In this document: positions 1-8,965 of the stretch, in pieces
How the letters are laid out: every line of letters starts with the position of its first letter
How positions within the stretch are numbered: the first letter of the stretch is position 1
Made by a program: the position numbers and the translations under genes
NCBI GenBank assembly: GCA_943788915.1
Contig: CALSSD010000008.1
Location: forward strand, 367,355-387,354
Reading direction: 5' to 3'
Length of the DNA: 20,000 nt
From: an uncultured Acidimicrobiales bacterium
GTDB lineage: Bacteria > Actinomycetota > Acidimicrobiia > Acidimicrobiales > UBA10347
Notes under the pieces: generated by a model
Database searches by the model: none
The model's input: the letters and a program-made list of their open reading frames with translations, nothing else
Told to the model about the DNA's origin: nothing

Positions 1-1
1 T

Positions 2-61
2 CCTGTTGTGCGCAATGGTCGACTCGAAGGCGATTTCGCACCCGACGTCTACGAGCTCTGA
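2..61 (+). CDS. 3' end of an upstream CDS (partial), unknown product
   Basis: Open frame from the window edge reads PVVRNGRLEGDFAPDVYEL* with TGA at 59-61 and GC-rich third positions; too short to identify. Confidence 0.45.
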   Translation, partial: PVVRNGRLEGDFAPDVYEL

Positions 62-93
62 TCCCCAACTTTACCACCGCAGAGGTATACCGA

Positions 94-135
94 TCGGCCT
101 GTCCTGGTCGGCCTGTCCTGATCGGCACTGTCAGA
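94..135. repeat. Short tandem repeat, three ~14-nt units
   Basis: tcggcctgtcctgg / tcggcctgtcctga / tcggcactgtcaga read directly. Confidence 0.7.
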
Positions 136-150
136 CCCCCCTGTCAAAGT
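129..150 (+). promoter_or_regulatory. RecA-NDp/PafBC-like promoter (TGTCAG-N10-CAAAGT), leaderless geometry
   Basis: TGTCAG 129-134, exactly 10 nt, CAAAGT 145-150, then 7 nt to ATG 158. Resembles mycobacterial TGTC(A/G)G-N10-TAnnnT with C at the first -10 position. Confidence 0.55.
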
Positions 151-157
151 AGATGAC

Positions 158-673
158 ATGACGGTTCTCGATCTCGACCCACCACATCCCACATTGCGTC
201 TCGTCTCATCGAACGGCCTTGCGACAACGCGCGATTCTCGCTATCGCTCGACCACGCCGCTCTATGGCGACGCTCGTGAGCTTTTCCAGCAGGTCCTGCA
301 ATATGCGCTCGAACATCAGGTTGCTATCGACCCCGATTCCTTGCGGGTCGTCTTGGGCACCAAACAAGCCATGTCAGCAGCACCCGCTCGATCCTTCTCT
401 GCTGCGGGTATTTGGCAACTCATGTTTGTTGATGTTGTTGCCAGCTGCCGTAACCGCAAACTCGATGTTCCCGCCGGTTGTGCGAGTGCTCTCATCCGCA
501 CGATCGATTACCTCGACGCTTCCGATTCGTTTCACTCTCTGAGCGACCCTGTCGGCGATCTCTACGACGCGATCGACGAATGCACCGGCGGGTGGGTGGA
601 TGACCTTCATCCGTCGACGCCCACCAAGGCTCGTCGTTCGGTACCATCAGATCGTGGCACGAAACGCACCTGA
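158..673 (+). CDS. Hypothetical protein (171 aa)
   Basis: Longest ORF here, ATG correctly spaced from a -10-like hexamer, helical-looking core; no family recognised. Confidence 0.75.
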   Translation: MTVLDLDPPHPTLRLVSSNGLATTRDSRYRSTTPLYGDARELFQQVLQYALEHQVAIDPDSLRVVLGTKQAMSAAPARSFSAAGIWQLMFVDVVASCRNRKLDVPAGCASALIRTIDYLDASDSFHSLSDPVGDLYDAIDECTGGWVDDLHPSTPTKARRSVPSDRGTKRT

Positions 674-842
674 TCCATCTCAACGTGGCACGTCCTCGCG
701 TGTCACCAAGTCACCGGTCCAACGGGCAGGCGCTGCAAGTCAGCCAAGACCACGGCGCGATCGCCGTAAATTTTGGACCCAGTTCATCGCAGGTTTTCTC
801 GTAGTGGCGATGCTACTTCCGGTGCTCATCGCCTTCCTGTAG
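654..842 (+). CDS. Small tail-anchored membrane protein (~62 aa)
   Basis: GTG at 654 overlaps the upstream CDS end by 20 nt; basic stretch PRPRRDRRK followed by hydrophobic C-terminal helix FWTQFIAGFLVVAMLLPVLIAFL. Start uncertain. Confidence 0.55.
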   Translation: MARNAPDPSQRGTSSRVTKSPVQRAGAASQPRPRRDRRKFWTQFIAGFLVVAMLLPVLIAFL

Positions 843-937
843 TTGTTCACCGGTCGCCGCATATGCGGTGTCTTGTCGACGTGCCAGCCTGTTAGACACT
901 GGCAGCACTATTGTGACAGGCACCTCGACCAGGAGCC

Positions 938-1720
938 GTGTTGATCCGCCAGAACAGAGCTGTACCCATATTGTTGGTACTGACCTTTGCCTTCATTCTT
1001 TATCTCGGTGGCTGTTTCGGTTCAGAAGAACCGACGACTGCCGTCGAAGAGTCGCCTACGCCCGTTCCGACTCCCACGGCTGCACCCATTGTCGACCCCG
1101 GTATTACCCCGGGGACGAGCAGCGAAGCGCCGTTTTATCACACGGTCGAAACAGGCGATCGGCTGGGATCCATTGCTTCCAAATACAACGTGACTGTCGA
1201 TGTCATCATTCGAGCCAATCCCCAGATGGACCCCAACCTGATCATTGCTGGCGAACAGCTTCGCATCCCTGGCGCAGGTACGAACAACGAAGTCCTCGAG
1301 AGCGTTGGCCCCGATCGTCCCGACGGGGTAACCGTGTCCTATGTCATTGAGAGTGGTGACACCTTGGGGCAGATTGCCAACACGTGGACAGTCAGCCTGG
1401 ATGCTCTGCTCGAAGCAAACCCCGAGGTAGACCCAGCCACACTGCAACCCAACCAACTCATTGAGATTCCGCCGTGGGGTAGCGGCTTCGACGCATCCGA
1501 ACTCTCCCCTCGCGTTACTCCGGTCGCGTCCACCCGTGAACCTGGCGATCCGCCACTGGAACACGAGGTCGTCGCCGGCGATTTCATCTCCGCGATCGCG
1601 GAACTGTACAACGTGACTATCACACAGATCGTCGAAACCAACGGCCTCGAGAACGGCGGTAATAGTATTCTGATCGGCCAAACTCTGCTGATTCCGCCGC
1701 CACAGGCCATCGACGGCTAG
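938..1720 (+). CDS. Exported/membrane-anchored LysM peptidoglycan-binding protein (3 LysM domains), possible lipoprotein
   Basis: AGGAG upstream; hydrophobic N-terminus ending LGGC; PT-rich linker; three LysM repeats (HTVETGDRLGSIASKYNV, YVIESGDTLGQIANTWTV, HEVVAGDFISAIAELYNV). Confidence 0.92.
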   Translation: MLIRQNRAVPILLVLTFAFILYLGGCFGSEEPTTAVEESPTPVPTPTAAPIVDPGITPGTSSEAPFYHTVETGDRLGSIASKYNVTVDVIIRANPQMDPNLIIAGEQLRIPGAGTNNEVLESVGPDRPDGVTVSYVIESGDTLGQIANTWTVSLDALLEANPEVDPATLQPNQLIEIPPWGSGFDASELSPRVTPVASTREPGDPPLEHEVVAGDFISAIAELYNVTITQIVETNGLENGGNSILIGQTLLIPPPQAIDG

Positions 1721-1818
1721 ACATCTCGAGAACCACATCGGCCTGCGTCGAGCAACCCAACCTCGATCGACACAGCCTCGAAATGCAGACCGATGTTGCA
1801 CATTTCATTGGACGCGAC

Positions 1819-1854
1819 TCGAGCCGGTAGTTGGCGCACCAGCTACCGGCTCGA
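1819..1854. terminator. Hairpin between convergent LysM and cyclophilin genes, likely bidirectional terminator
   Basis: tcgagccggtagttgg-cgca-ccagctaccggctcga, 16-bp stem with one G-U. Confidence 0.7.
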
Positions 1855-1883
1855 AGCCAGACGTTCTCTGTTGTACCGACCGG

Positions 1884-2435
1884 TTAGCTCTCGGCGATGG
1901 TGACGCTTTCGATCACAAGATCGGTGGTCGGGCGATCACCTGGTGCGGTAGGAACAGCCTGCATCTCGTTCACGAGTTCCAAACCGCCAACAACCTGGCC
2001 GAACAGCGAGTATGACGGAGGAAGACCCACGCCACTGCCGCCGCTCACGATGAAGAATTGGCTGCCGTTCGTGTTGGGCCCAGCGTTAGCCATAGCGAGC
2101 GAGCCGATCTTGTAGTCGCCAGCGTTCGGGAGTTCGTCGTCGAAGCGGTAACCAGGACCACCCATGCCGCTGCCCTGCGGGCAACCGCCCTGGCACATGA
2201 AGCCATTAATGATGCGGTGGAAAACCAGGCCGTCGTAGTACTTGTAACGAGCGAGGAAGACGAAGTTATTGACCGTCTTGGGGGCGATGTCGGGATAAAG
2301 AGCGATGGTGAGATCACCCATCGACGTCTTCATGGTGGCGATATAGGTCTTGGCCGGGTCAATGCACATTGGAGGGGCTTCGTCGAACGAAGTCATCCGT
2401 GGGCTTGATCCGTCTGCAGCTGGGCATTCAGTCAT
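1884..2435 (-). CDS. Cyclophilin-type peptidyl-prolyl cis-trans isomerase
   Basis: Motifs APKTVNNF, YYDGLVFHRII, FMCQGG, LAMANAGPNTNGSQFFI, FGQVV; TACCAT 6 nt upstream of ATG (leaderless). Confidence 0.96.
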   Translation of the reverse strand: MTECPAADGSSPRMTSFDEAPPMCIDPAKTYIATMKTSMGDLTIALYPDIAPKTVNNFVFLARYKYYDGLVFHRIINGFMCQGGCPQGSGMGGPGYRFDDELPNAGDYKIGSLAMANAGPNTNGSQFFIVSGGSGVGLPPSYSLFGQVVGGLELVNEMQAVPTAPGDRPTTDLVIESVTIAES

Positions 2436-2582
2436 TCGTTGATGGTATAACTTGCGGCCCCATTCTCTGCGGCTCAGTCATACCGATCCAGAGTTAGGCC
2501 ATGTTGCACACCCCATATCTGGGGTGTCGAGGTTCCGCATCACTACAGTGCGGCGAGGAAGTTTGACGTGGGAGAAAAACGC

Positions 2583-3434
2583 GTGGAGATAACGAAGGTC
2601 GCCGTCATCGGCGGCGGAACGATGGGTTCTGGTATTGCCGAGGTGTGTGCCAAATCTGGTCTTGACACCATCGTGATGGAACCAGAAGCGGCAGCGGCAG
2701 AAGCTGCCCAAGCCCGTATCAACGGTTCGATGGACAAGGCCGTCGCTCGGGGCCGACTGAGCGAGGAAGATCGGGCCACCACCGGAGCCCTGCTGAGTTA
2801 CACCACCGACATCAACGCTCTCAGCGATCGTGACCTGGTCATCGAAGCCATCGTCGAAAACGAGCAGATTAAGCTCGACCTCTTCAAGCGGCTCGACGAG
2901 GTCACCCCTGAACACTGCATCTTGGCGTCGAACACATCTTCGATCCCGTTGATCAATCTGGGCACCGCTACCAAACGACCGGAACGAGTGCTCGGGCTGC
3001 ACTTCTTCAACCCTGCGACCGTGCAGAAACTGTGCGAAATCGTTGTATCCATCGCTACCGACGACGCCGTAGTCGTCGCGTGCGAAAAGTTCGCCCAGAA
3101 CACACTCGGCAAGGAAACCATTAAGAGTAAGGACCGTGCCGGCTTCATCGTGAACCGGTTGCTGGTTCCGTACCTGCTGCAGGCAATCTCATTGCTCGAT
3201 ACTGGACAAGTCACAGCCGAAGATATCGATAACGGCATGATGTTCGGCTGCGCACATCCCATGGGTCCACTTACCTTGTGCGATCTCATCGGGCTCGACA
3301 CCATCAAGTCGGTCGCCGACGTGCTCTACGAGGAATTCAAAGAGCCCACGTACGCACCACCGCCAAAGCTGAAGCGCATGGTTGCCGCCGGTCACCTCGG
3401 TCGCAAAACCGGCAAAGGTTTCTACAACTACTAA
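2583..3434 (+). CDS. 3-hydroxybutyryl-CoA dehydrogenase (3-hydroxyacyl-CoA dehydrogenase family)
   Basis: Rossmann VAVIGGGTMGSGIA, ILASNTSS, GLHFFNP, GFIVNRLL, HPMGPL, LGRKTGKGFY; GTG 2583 follows GGAG. Confidence 0.95.
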   Translation: MEITKVAVIGGGTMGSGIAEVCAKSGLDTIVMEPEAAAAEAAQARINGSMDKAVARGRLSEEDRATTGALLSYTTDINALSDRDLVIEAIVENEQIKLDLFKRLDEVTPEHCILASNTSSIPLINLGTATKRPERVLGLHFFNPATVQKLCEIVVSIATDDAVVVACEKFAQNTLGKETIKSKDRAGFIVNRLLVPYLLQAISLLDTGQVTAEDIDNGMMFGCAHPMGPLTLCDLIGLDTIKSVADVLYEEFKEPTYAPPPKLKRMVAAGHLGRKTGKGFYNY

Positions 3435-3510
3435 CGAGGCCAGACCAACCCGTCTGTGAACGCACCCTCACAAAACCCAAATGCTCCATCTACTTCGTAG
3501 AGGTAGCGGA

Positions 3511-3615
3511 GGGAGGGGTGTTGGTGCTGAACGCAGCGATGATCGGACGCTACTCGCGCAGGAATCAAAATAACGTCCCAGCGTCTGGTCGCAAGTCAGC
3601 AACAACACCACTCTC
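3511..3615 (+). other. Long imperfect rod-like inverted repeat (candidate structured RNA or REP/MITE-like element)
   Basis: 3511-3530 pairs with 3596-3615 (18/20 including one G-U); 3541-3551 pairs with 3580-3590 (11 bp, two G-U). Confidence 0.5.
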
Positions 3616-3652
3616 GTAGCGGGACGCCAAAGCTACAGGCCACAAAAATGGA

Positions 3653-3692
3653 TCATGGTCGGCGGCCACCCCCCAGCAGCCGCCGACCATGA
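3653..3692. terminator. Perfect 14-bp hairpin with C-rich loop, probable terminator
   Basis: tcatggtcggcggc-caccccccagca-gccgccgaccatga; on the minus strand followed by TCCATTTTT; lies between convergent genes. Confidence 0.6.
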
Positions 3693-3869
3693 GAAAATTC
3701 CCAGTACTGGGGTCGAACTATCTGAGACGATAGCCAGTGGAAAACCGAACCCGGCTACTGCATTTCGCGAGAATCTATTCGGCCCAGCGCTCTGCCGGAA
3801 GAACATGTTCGAACCACGATCGCTCTCGTCACGTGGTTTGCGGTCATCAGCCCCGACCCAGGTGGCAGT

Positions 3870-4061
3870 TCAGCCGACTAATCGTTCGGCATTCACGACC
3901 GCTGGTGAATAACGAACCTGGCGGGGAGTAGCTTCGCCGACCATTGCCGAGTCGCCGCACGACCAGCACGCGTCGTCGCCGTTGCCGCGCCAGGTGACAT
4001 CACACGATCCACACACCATGGTGATGGTGCGTGGCCTATCGCCAAAACTTTGTACCGGCAT
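3870..4061 (-). CDS. Small putative zinc-ribbon protein (63 aa, CxxC...CxxC)
   Basis: MPVQSFGDRPRTITMVCGSCDVTWRGNGDDACWSCGD...; TATTGT (4074-4069) lies 7 nt upstream of ATG 4061. Confidence 0.65.
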   Translation of the reverse strand: MPVQSFGDRPRTITMVCGSCDVTWRGNGDDACWSCGDSAMVGEATPRQVRYSPAVVNAERLVG

Positions 4062-4144
4062 TCGCGCCACAATAAAGACACTGTTGGACCCCAACGCGGA
4101 TACTTCATAATTGTTTGCCTCAGCCAAAACTGGGCCGCTGTCGG

Positions 4145-5572
4145 CTAGAAGATCTCGCCAGGGACATAGGCAGCAGCATCGGGATACTGATCGGTAATCG
4201 CACCGATCCGATCGACCACGGCAAACGTCTGAGCAGGAGCTCGGCCCGCCAATTCCAACGGTGAGCCGAGTAATGAGGCTAGATCCTCAGCCGTGAGCGG
4301 CAGTCGATCATCAGCGGCCAGCCGTTGCACCAGTGGGGTGAAGTCAGTGTCTGATTCACGCAAGTCGAGGGCGGTTGCAACCGCATGTTCCTTGATGACC
4401 TCGTGTGCTGTTTCCCGTCCCGCTCCGGCCTTTACCGCAGCCATAAGGACACGGGTTGTCGCAACGAACGGCAGGTACTCCGCAAGCTCGCGATCGGCTA
4501 CAGCCGGGAAAGCACCAAACCCATCGAGCACGCTTTGGAACGTCTCGAAGAGTCCATCGATTGCCAAGAATGCATCGGGAAGCGCAACCCGGCGCACGAC
4601 CGAACAGCTGACGTCGCCTTCGTTCCACTGGTTGCCGACCATGCCGGACACCATCGTCAGATGACCTCGTAATATGGAGACAAAACCGTTGACCCGTTCG
4701 CATGAACGAGCGTTCATCTTGTGCGGCATCGCCGACGAACCAACTTGACCAGGGGCGAAGCCTTCGGTCACCAGGTTCTCACCAGCCATGAGGCGGATGG
4801 TGGTGGCCAGGTTGGATGGACCCGAAGCGAGTTGCACCAGAGCAGACACCACGTCGAAATCCAGTGACCGAGGGTAGACCTGGCCAACGCTGTCAAAGGT
4901 CGCCGAGAAACCAAGGTGTTCCGCAATACTCATTTCGAGTGCCTGCACCTTGGCTGCATCGCCCTCGAACAGGTCATAGAGATCCTGTTGTGTGCCGACA
5001 GGCCCTTTCATGCCACGGAGCGGGTAACCAGCGATCAGACTCTCGAGCCGGTGAAATGAAACAATCAGCTCTTCAGCTGCGGTGGCGATCCGTTTGCCCA
5101 GTGTGGTGACCTGCGCTGGCACATTGTGCGAACGCCCAACGATGGGGAACTCGCTGTGTGCCGCTGCCAGAACACCCATGCGATAGAGCACAGCAACCGC
5201 CCGGTCACGAATGAGCTCGAGGCTGCGGCGAACCTGGAGTTGTTCTACGTTCTCCGTGAGGTCACGAGAGGTCATCCCTTTGTGGATGTGCTCATGCCCT
5301 GCGAGTTCGGAGAACTCCTCGATCCGAGCTTTGACGTCGTGACGAAGCACCCGGTCTCTCGCATCGATCGATGCAATATCTACCTGATCGACGACCGCTT
5401 CGTAGGCTTCGATCGTGCCTTCGGGCACGCCTAGGCCGAGTTCGTCCTGCGCGCGCAGAACAGCAATCCAGAGCTGGCGCTCGAGGATGACCTTGCCGCG
5501 ACGTGACCAGATGGCGGTCATGGCGGGCGACGCATATCGCGTCGCAAGAACATTCTCGAGCGCGTCACTCAT
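4145..5572 (-). CDS. purB: Adenylosuccinate lyase
   Basis: LATRYAS, RHDVKARIEEF, HKGMTSRD, GRSHNVPAQ, signature GSSAMPHKMN, WNEGDVSCS; adjacent to purA. Confidence 0.97.
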   Translation of the reverse strand: MSDALENVLATRYASPAMTAIWSRRGKVILERQLWIAVLRAQDELGLGVPEGTIEAYEAVVDQVDIASIDARDRVLRHDVKARIEEFSELAGHEHIHKGMTSRDLTENVEQLQVRRSLELIRDRAVAVLYRMGVLAAAHSEFPIVGRSHNVPAQVTTLGKRIATAAEELIVSFHRLESLIAGYPLRGMKGPVGTQQDLYDLFEGDAAKVQALEMSIAEHLGFSATFDSVGQVYPRSLDFDVVSALVQLASGPSNLATTIRLMAGENLVTEGFAPGQVGSSAMPHKMNARSCERVNGFVSILRGHLTMVSGMVGNQWNEGDVSCSVVRRVALPDAFLAIDGLFETFQSVLDGFGAFPAVADRELAEYLPFVATTRVLMAAVKAGAGRETAHEVIKEHAVATALDLRESDTDFTPLVQRLAADDRLPLTAEDLASLLGSPLELAGRAPAQTFAVVDRIGAITDQYPDAAAYVPGEIF

Positions 5573-5596
5573 ACTGATGTTGCCGATTCTGGTCGC

Positions 5597-6913
<1,317 letters not shown>

Positions 6914-7056
6914 CTAGCAACCTTATCTGGTTTGCTCCGTAGCTCCCGGGCAATTCATCAGGCCTTCTGCACATGATCTGTAGGCCATCAGACGCTACCC
7001 ACCCGTCTGTCGTGAACAATCCACTGAAAGCTCGCGTGCTCGCTAGGTGTCGCTGT

Positions 7057-7392
7057 CTAACTTTCGGTTCGGCGCCAGCGAACAAGAGCTGTTGAATACC
7101 CTGGGGTATTCGTTATCTCTTCGAGCCGGCCGCGTAATCGCTCAACCTGTTCCTCGAGTTCAAGGACCCGAGCGACCCCGACGAGGTTGAGGCCTTCGTT
7201 GGTCAACTCCTGGACTCGTCGGATCTGTTCTAAATCCATCTCGCTATAGCGACGACTCATACCACCAGTTCGCGCCGGGGCAAGAAGCCCTTTGCGCTCA
7301 TAGACGCGTAACGTCTGTGGGTGCACACCTGTCAGCTCGGCGGCAACCGAGATGATGTAGACGGCGCGAGTCCGTTCATCGCCAGCGGTCAT
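7057..7392 (-). CDS. hspR: Heat-shock repressor HspR (MerR family)
   Basis: VYIISVAAELTGVHPQTLRVYERKGLLAPART...RRYS, EGLNLVGV; last gene of dnaK-grpE-dnaJ, TAATG overlap with dnaJ. Confidence 0.93.
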   Translation of the reverse strand: MTAGDERTRAVYIISVAAELTGVHPQTLRVYERKGLLAPARTGGMSRRYSEMDLEQIRRVQELTNEGLNLVGVARVLELEEQVERLRGRLEEITNTPGYSTALVRWRRTES

Positions 7393-8351
7393 TAGTCGTC
7401 CGCCTCAAGGTGTCTACGAGGAGATTCATCATCGAGATCAGCGAACGCCTGGAGGGCTTCGGATTGTTTCTTCGACAGGTTCATCGGCACGGCAATGCTG
7501 ACAACTACCAGCAGATCGCCCGACGTGGCCTCATCTGTTTCGTCGCTGGGGACGCCAGCGCCGCGGACCCGAAGGGTACGTCCCTGTTGGGTTCCCGGCG
7601 GTATCCGCACGGTTACCGAATTACCAGTAAACGTCGGCACCTTTACCTCGGCTCCTAACGCAGCTTCGGCGATGGTCACCGGCAGGTCCAAAGTGAGCTT
7701 GGCGCCCCGCCGACCAAAAACAGCGTGATCGCCAACACTAACGATCACATACAGATCGCCTGGTGGGTCGCCAGGTCCACCCTTGCCTCGTAGCCGAATA
7801 CGTTGACCCGATTCGACCCCGGCAGGGATGCGTACCTTGATGGTGCGTTTGCCGGATCCGTCGCTCAGGCTTATCGAAGTGGTTGTACCCCGCATTGCCT
7901 CATCGAACGAGATGGTGAGCCGAGCTTCTTGATCGCGGCCCGGACGTTTGATTCGGGCATGACGGCCGCCTGGTTGATCGCCGAACGTCCTCCCACCCTG
8001 GCCACCGCCACCGAAAACCGATCCAAAAATGTCGCCCAGATCCACACCCTCGAATCCGAACCCACCATTGCTGGAACCGCCGCTGCCACCGAAGCCACCA
8101 CCCATGGGTCCCCTGGCACGGGCCTGGTCATAACTGGCACGTTTCTCCTCGTCGCCGACAACGTCGTAGGCGCCGGAGATTTCCTTGAACCGTTCCTCTG
8201 CAGCGTCATCGCCTGGATTCGTATCAGGGTGGTACTTACGGGCGAGCTTCCGGTACGCCTTGGTGACATCAGCTTGAGCCGCGTCCTTGGGTACACCAAG
8301 GACGGCGTAGTAGTCGGTCTCGAACCACTCACGCTTGATGTCATTTGCCAT
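7392..8351 (-). CDS. dnaJ: DnaJ co-chaperone, lacking the Cys-rich zinc-finger region
   Basis: J-domain DYYAVLGV...[11 protein letters not shown]-rich linker with DIF, C-terminal domain [19 protein letters not shown]...GDLYV; no cysteine in the translation. Confidence 0.93.
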   Translation of the reverse strand: MANDIKREWFETDYYAVLGVPKDAAQADVTKAYRKLARKYHPDTNPGDDAAEERFKEISGAYDVVGDEEKRASYDQARARGPMGGGFGGSGGSSNGGFGFEGVDLGDIFGSVFGGGGQGGRTFGDQPGGRHARIKRPGRDQEARLTISFDEAMRGTTTSISLSDGSGKRTIKVRIPAGVESGQRIRLRGKGGPGDPPGDLYVIVSVGDHAVFGRRGAKLTLDLPVTIAEAALGAEVKVPTFTGNSVTVRIPPGTQQGRTLRVRGAGVPSDETDEATSGDLLVVVSIAVPMNLSKKQSEALQAFADLDDESPRRHLEADD

Positions 8352-8356
8352 CGTTG

Positions 8357-8965
8357 TTAGCCCTGCACCTTGACCATTGCGGCCCGCAACACACGATCGT
8401 TCCAGCGGTAACCGGTGCGCAGTGTTTCCACTACCACTTGTTCGCCTTCGCCTTCTTCGTACAGAACAGCTTCGTGTAGTTCAGGATCAAACGGTTCACC
8501 TGCGGCGTCGACCCGTTCAAGGCCTTGGCTTGACAGCACCTCGAACAGCGCGTCACTCACGGGGCGGATCTCCTCGATGCCTTGACCAAGCGCGGCTTCG
8601 CAACTGTCGAGAACCGGAAGGAGCCGCTCGACCAAGCTGGCCGCGGCCTGTGCCCGCTGCATTTCCGCACGTTCGTCGCTGCGTCGACGTGCATTCGCAA
8701 ATTCGGCCTTGGCCCGCTGCAACTGATCCAAAAAGTCATCACGTTCAGCGATGAGCGCAACAACTGCTTCTTCGGAGATCTGATCTGGGCTGAGCCCGGC
8801 CTGATCAGACTCGGCAGCCTGATCGGCTGCCGATTGTTCGTCGATCAACGCAGCAAGTGCCTCGTCGGTCACCTGATCACCCGCCGGCTGGTTACCGGCG
8901 GGTTGTATGACATCACCATCGTCTGGGACTGCCCCGTCGGGGGCACCCTCGTGTTCGTTGCCCAT
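8357..8965 (-). CDS. grpE: Nucleotide exchange factor GrpE
   Basis: [49 protein letters not shown] overlap with dnaK. Confidence 0.96.
   Translation of the reverse strand: MGNEHEGAPDGAVPDDGDVIQPAGNQPAGDQVTDEALAALIDEQSAADQAAESDQAGLSPDQISEEAVVALIAERDDFLDQLQRAKAEFANARRRSDERAEMQRAQAAASLVERLLPVLDSCEAALGQGIEEIRPVSDALFEVLSSQGLERVDAAGEPFDPELHEAVLYEEGEGEQVVVETLRTGYRWNDRVLRAAMVKVQG

Noticed and set aside
94..135. Repeats as a CRISPR array
   Set aside because: Units are 14 nt and contiguous, with no spacers and no cas genes.
1735..1797. Second imperfect hairpin acatcggcctgc...gcagaccgatgt after the LysM gene
   Set aside because: Consistent with ordinary 3' UTR structure; nothing supports a separate element.
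1022..1801. 259-aa antisense ORF, and similar long shadow ORFs over fadB-like, dnaK, dnaJ, oxidoreductase, galE and sigma genes
   Set aside because: Expected antisense open frames in GC-rich coding DNA; no family motifs.
3595..3670. gggacgccaaagctacagg resembles the GGGACGCAAAGC core of c-di-GMP-I riboswitches
   Set aside because: No GGCAAAC 5' strand, no GNRA-capped P2, poor tetraloop receptor and no credible downstream + strand gene. A cmscan would settle it.
3797..3815. gaacatgttcga as a LexA SOS box
   Set aside because: Spacer between GAAC and GTTC is 2 nt, not the 4 nt of the actinobacterial box, and it is not upstream of a supported gene.
3655..3931. + strand ORFs 3655..3912 and 3737..3931
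   Set aside because: No recognisable motifs or RBS; the first starts inside a hairpin and both overlap the better-supported minus-strand Cys ORF.
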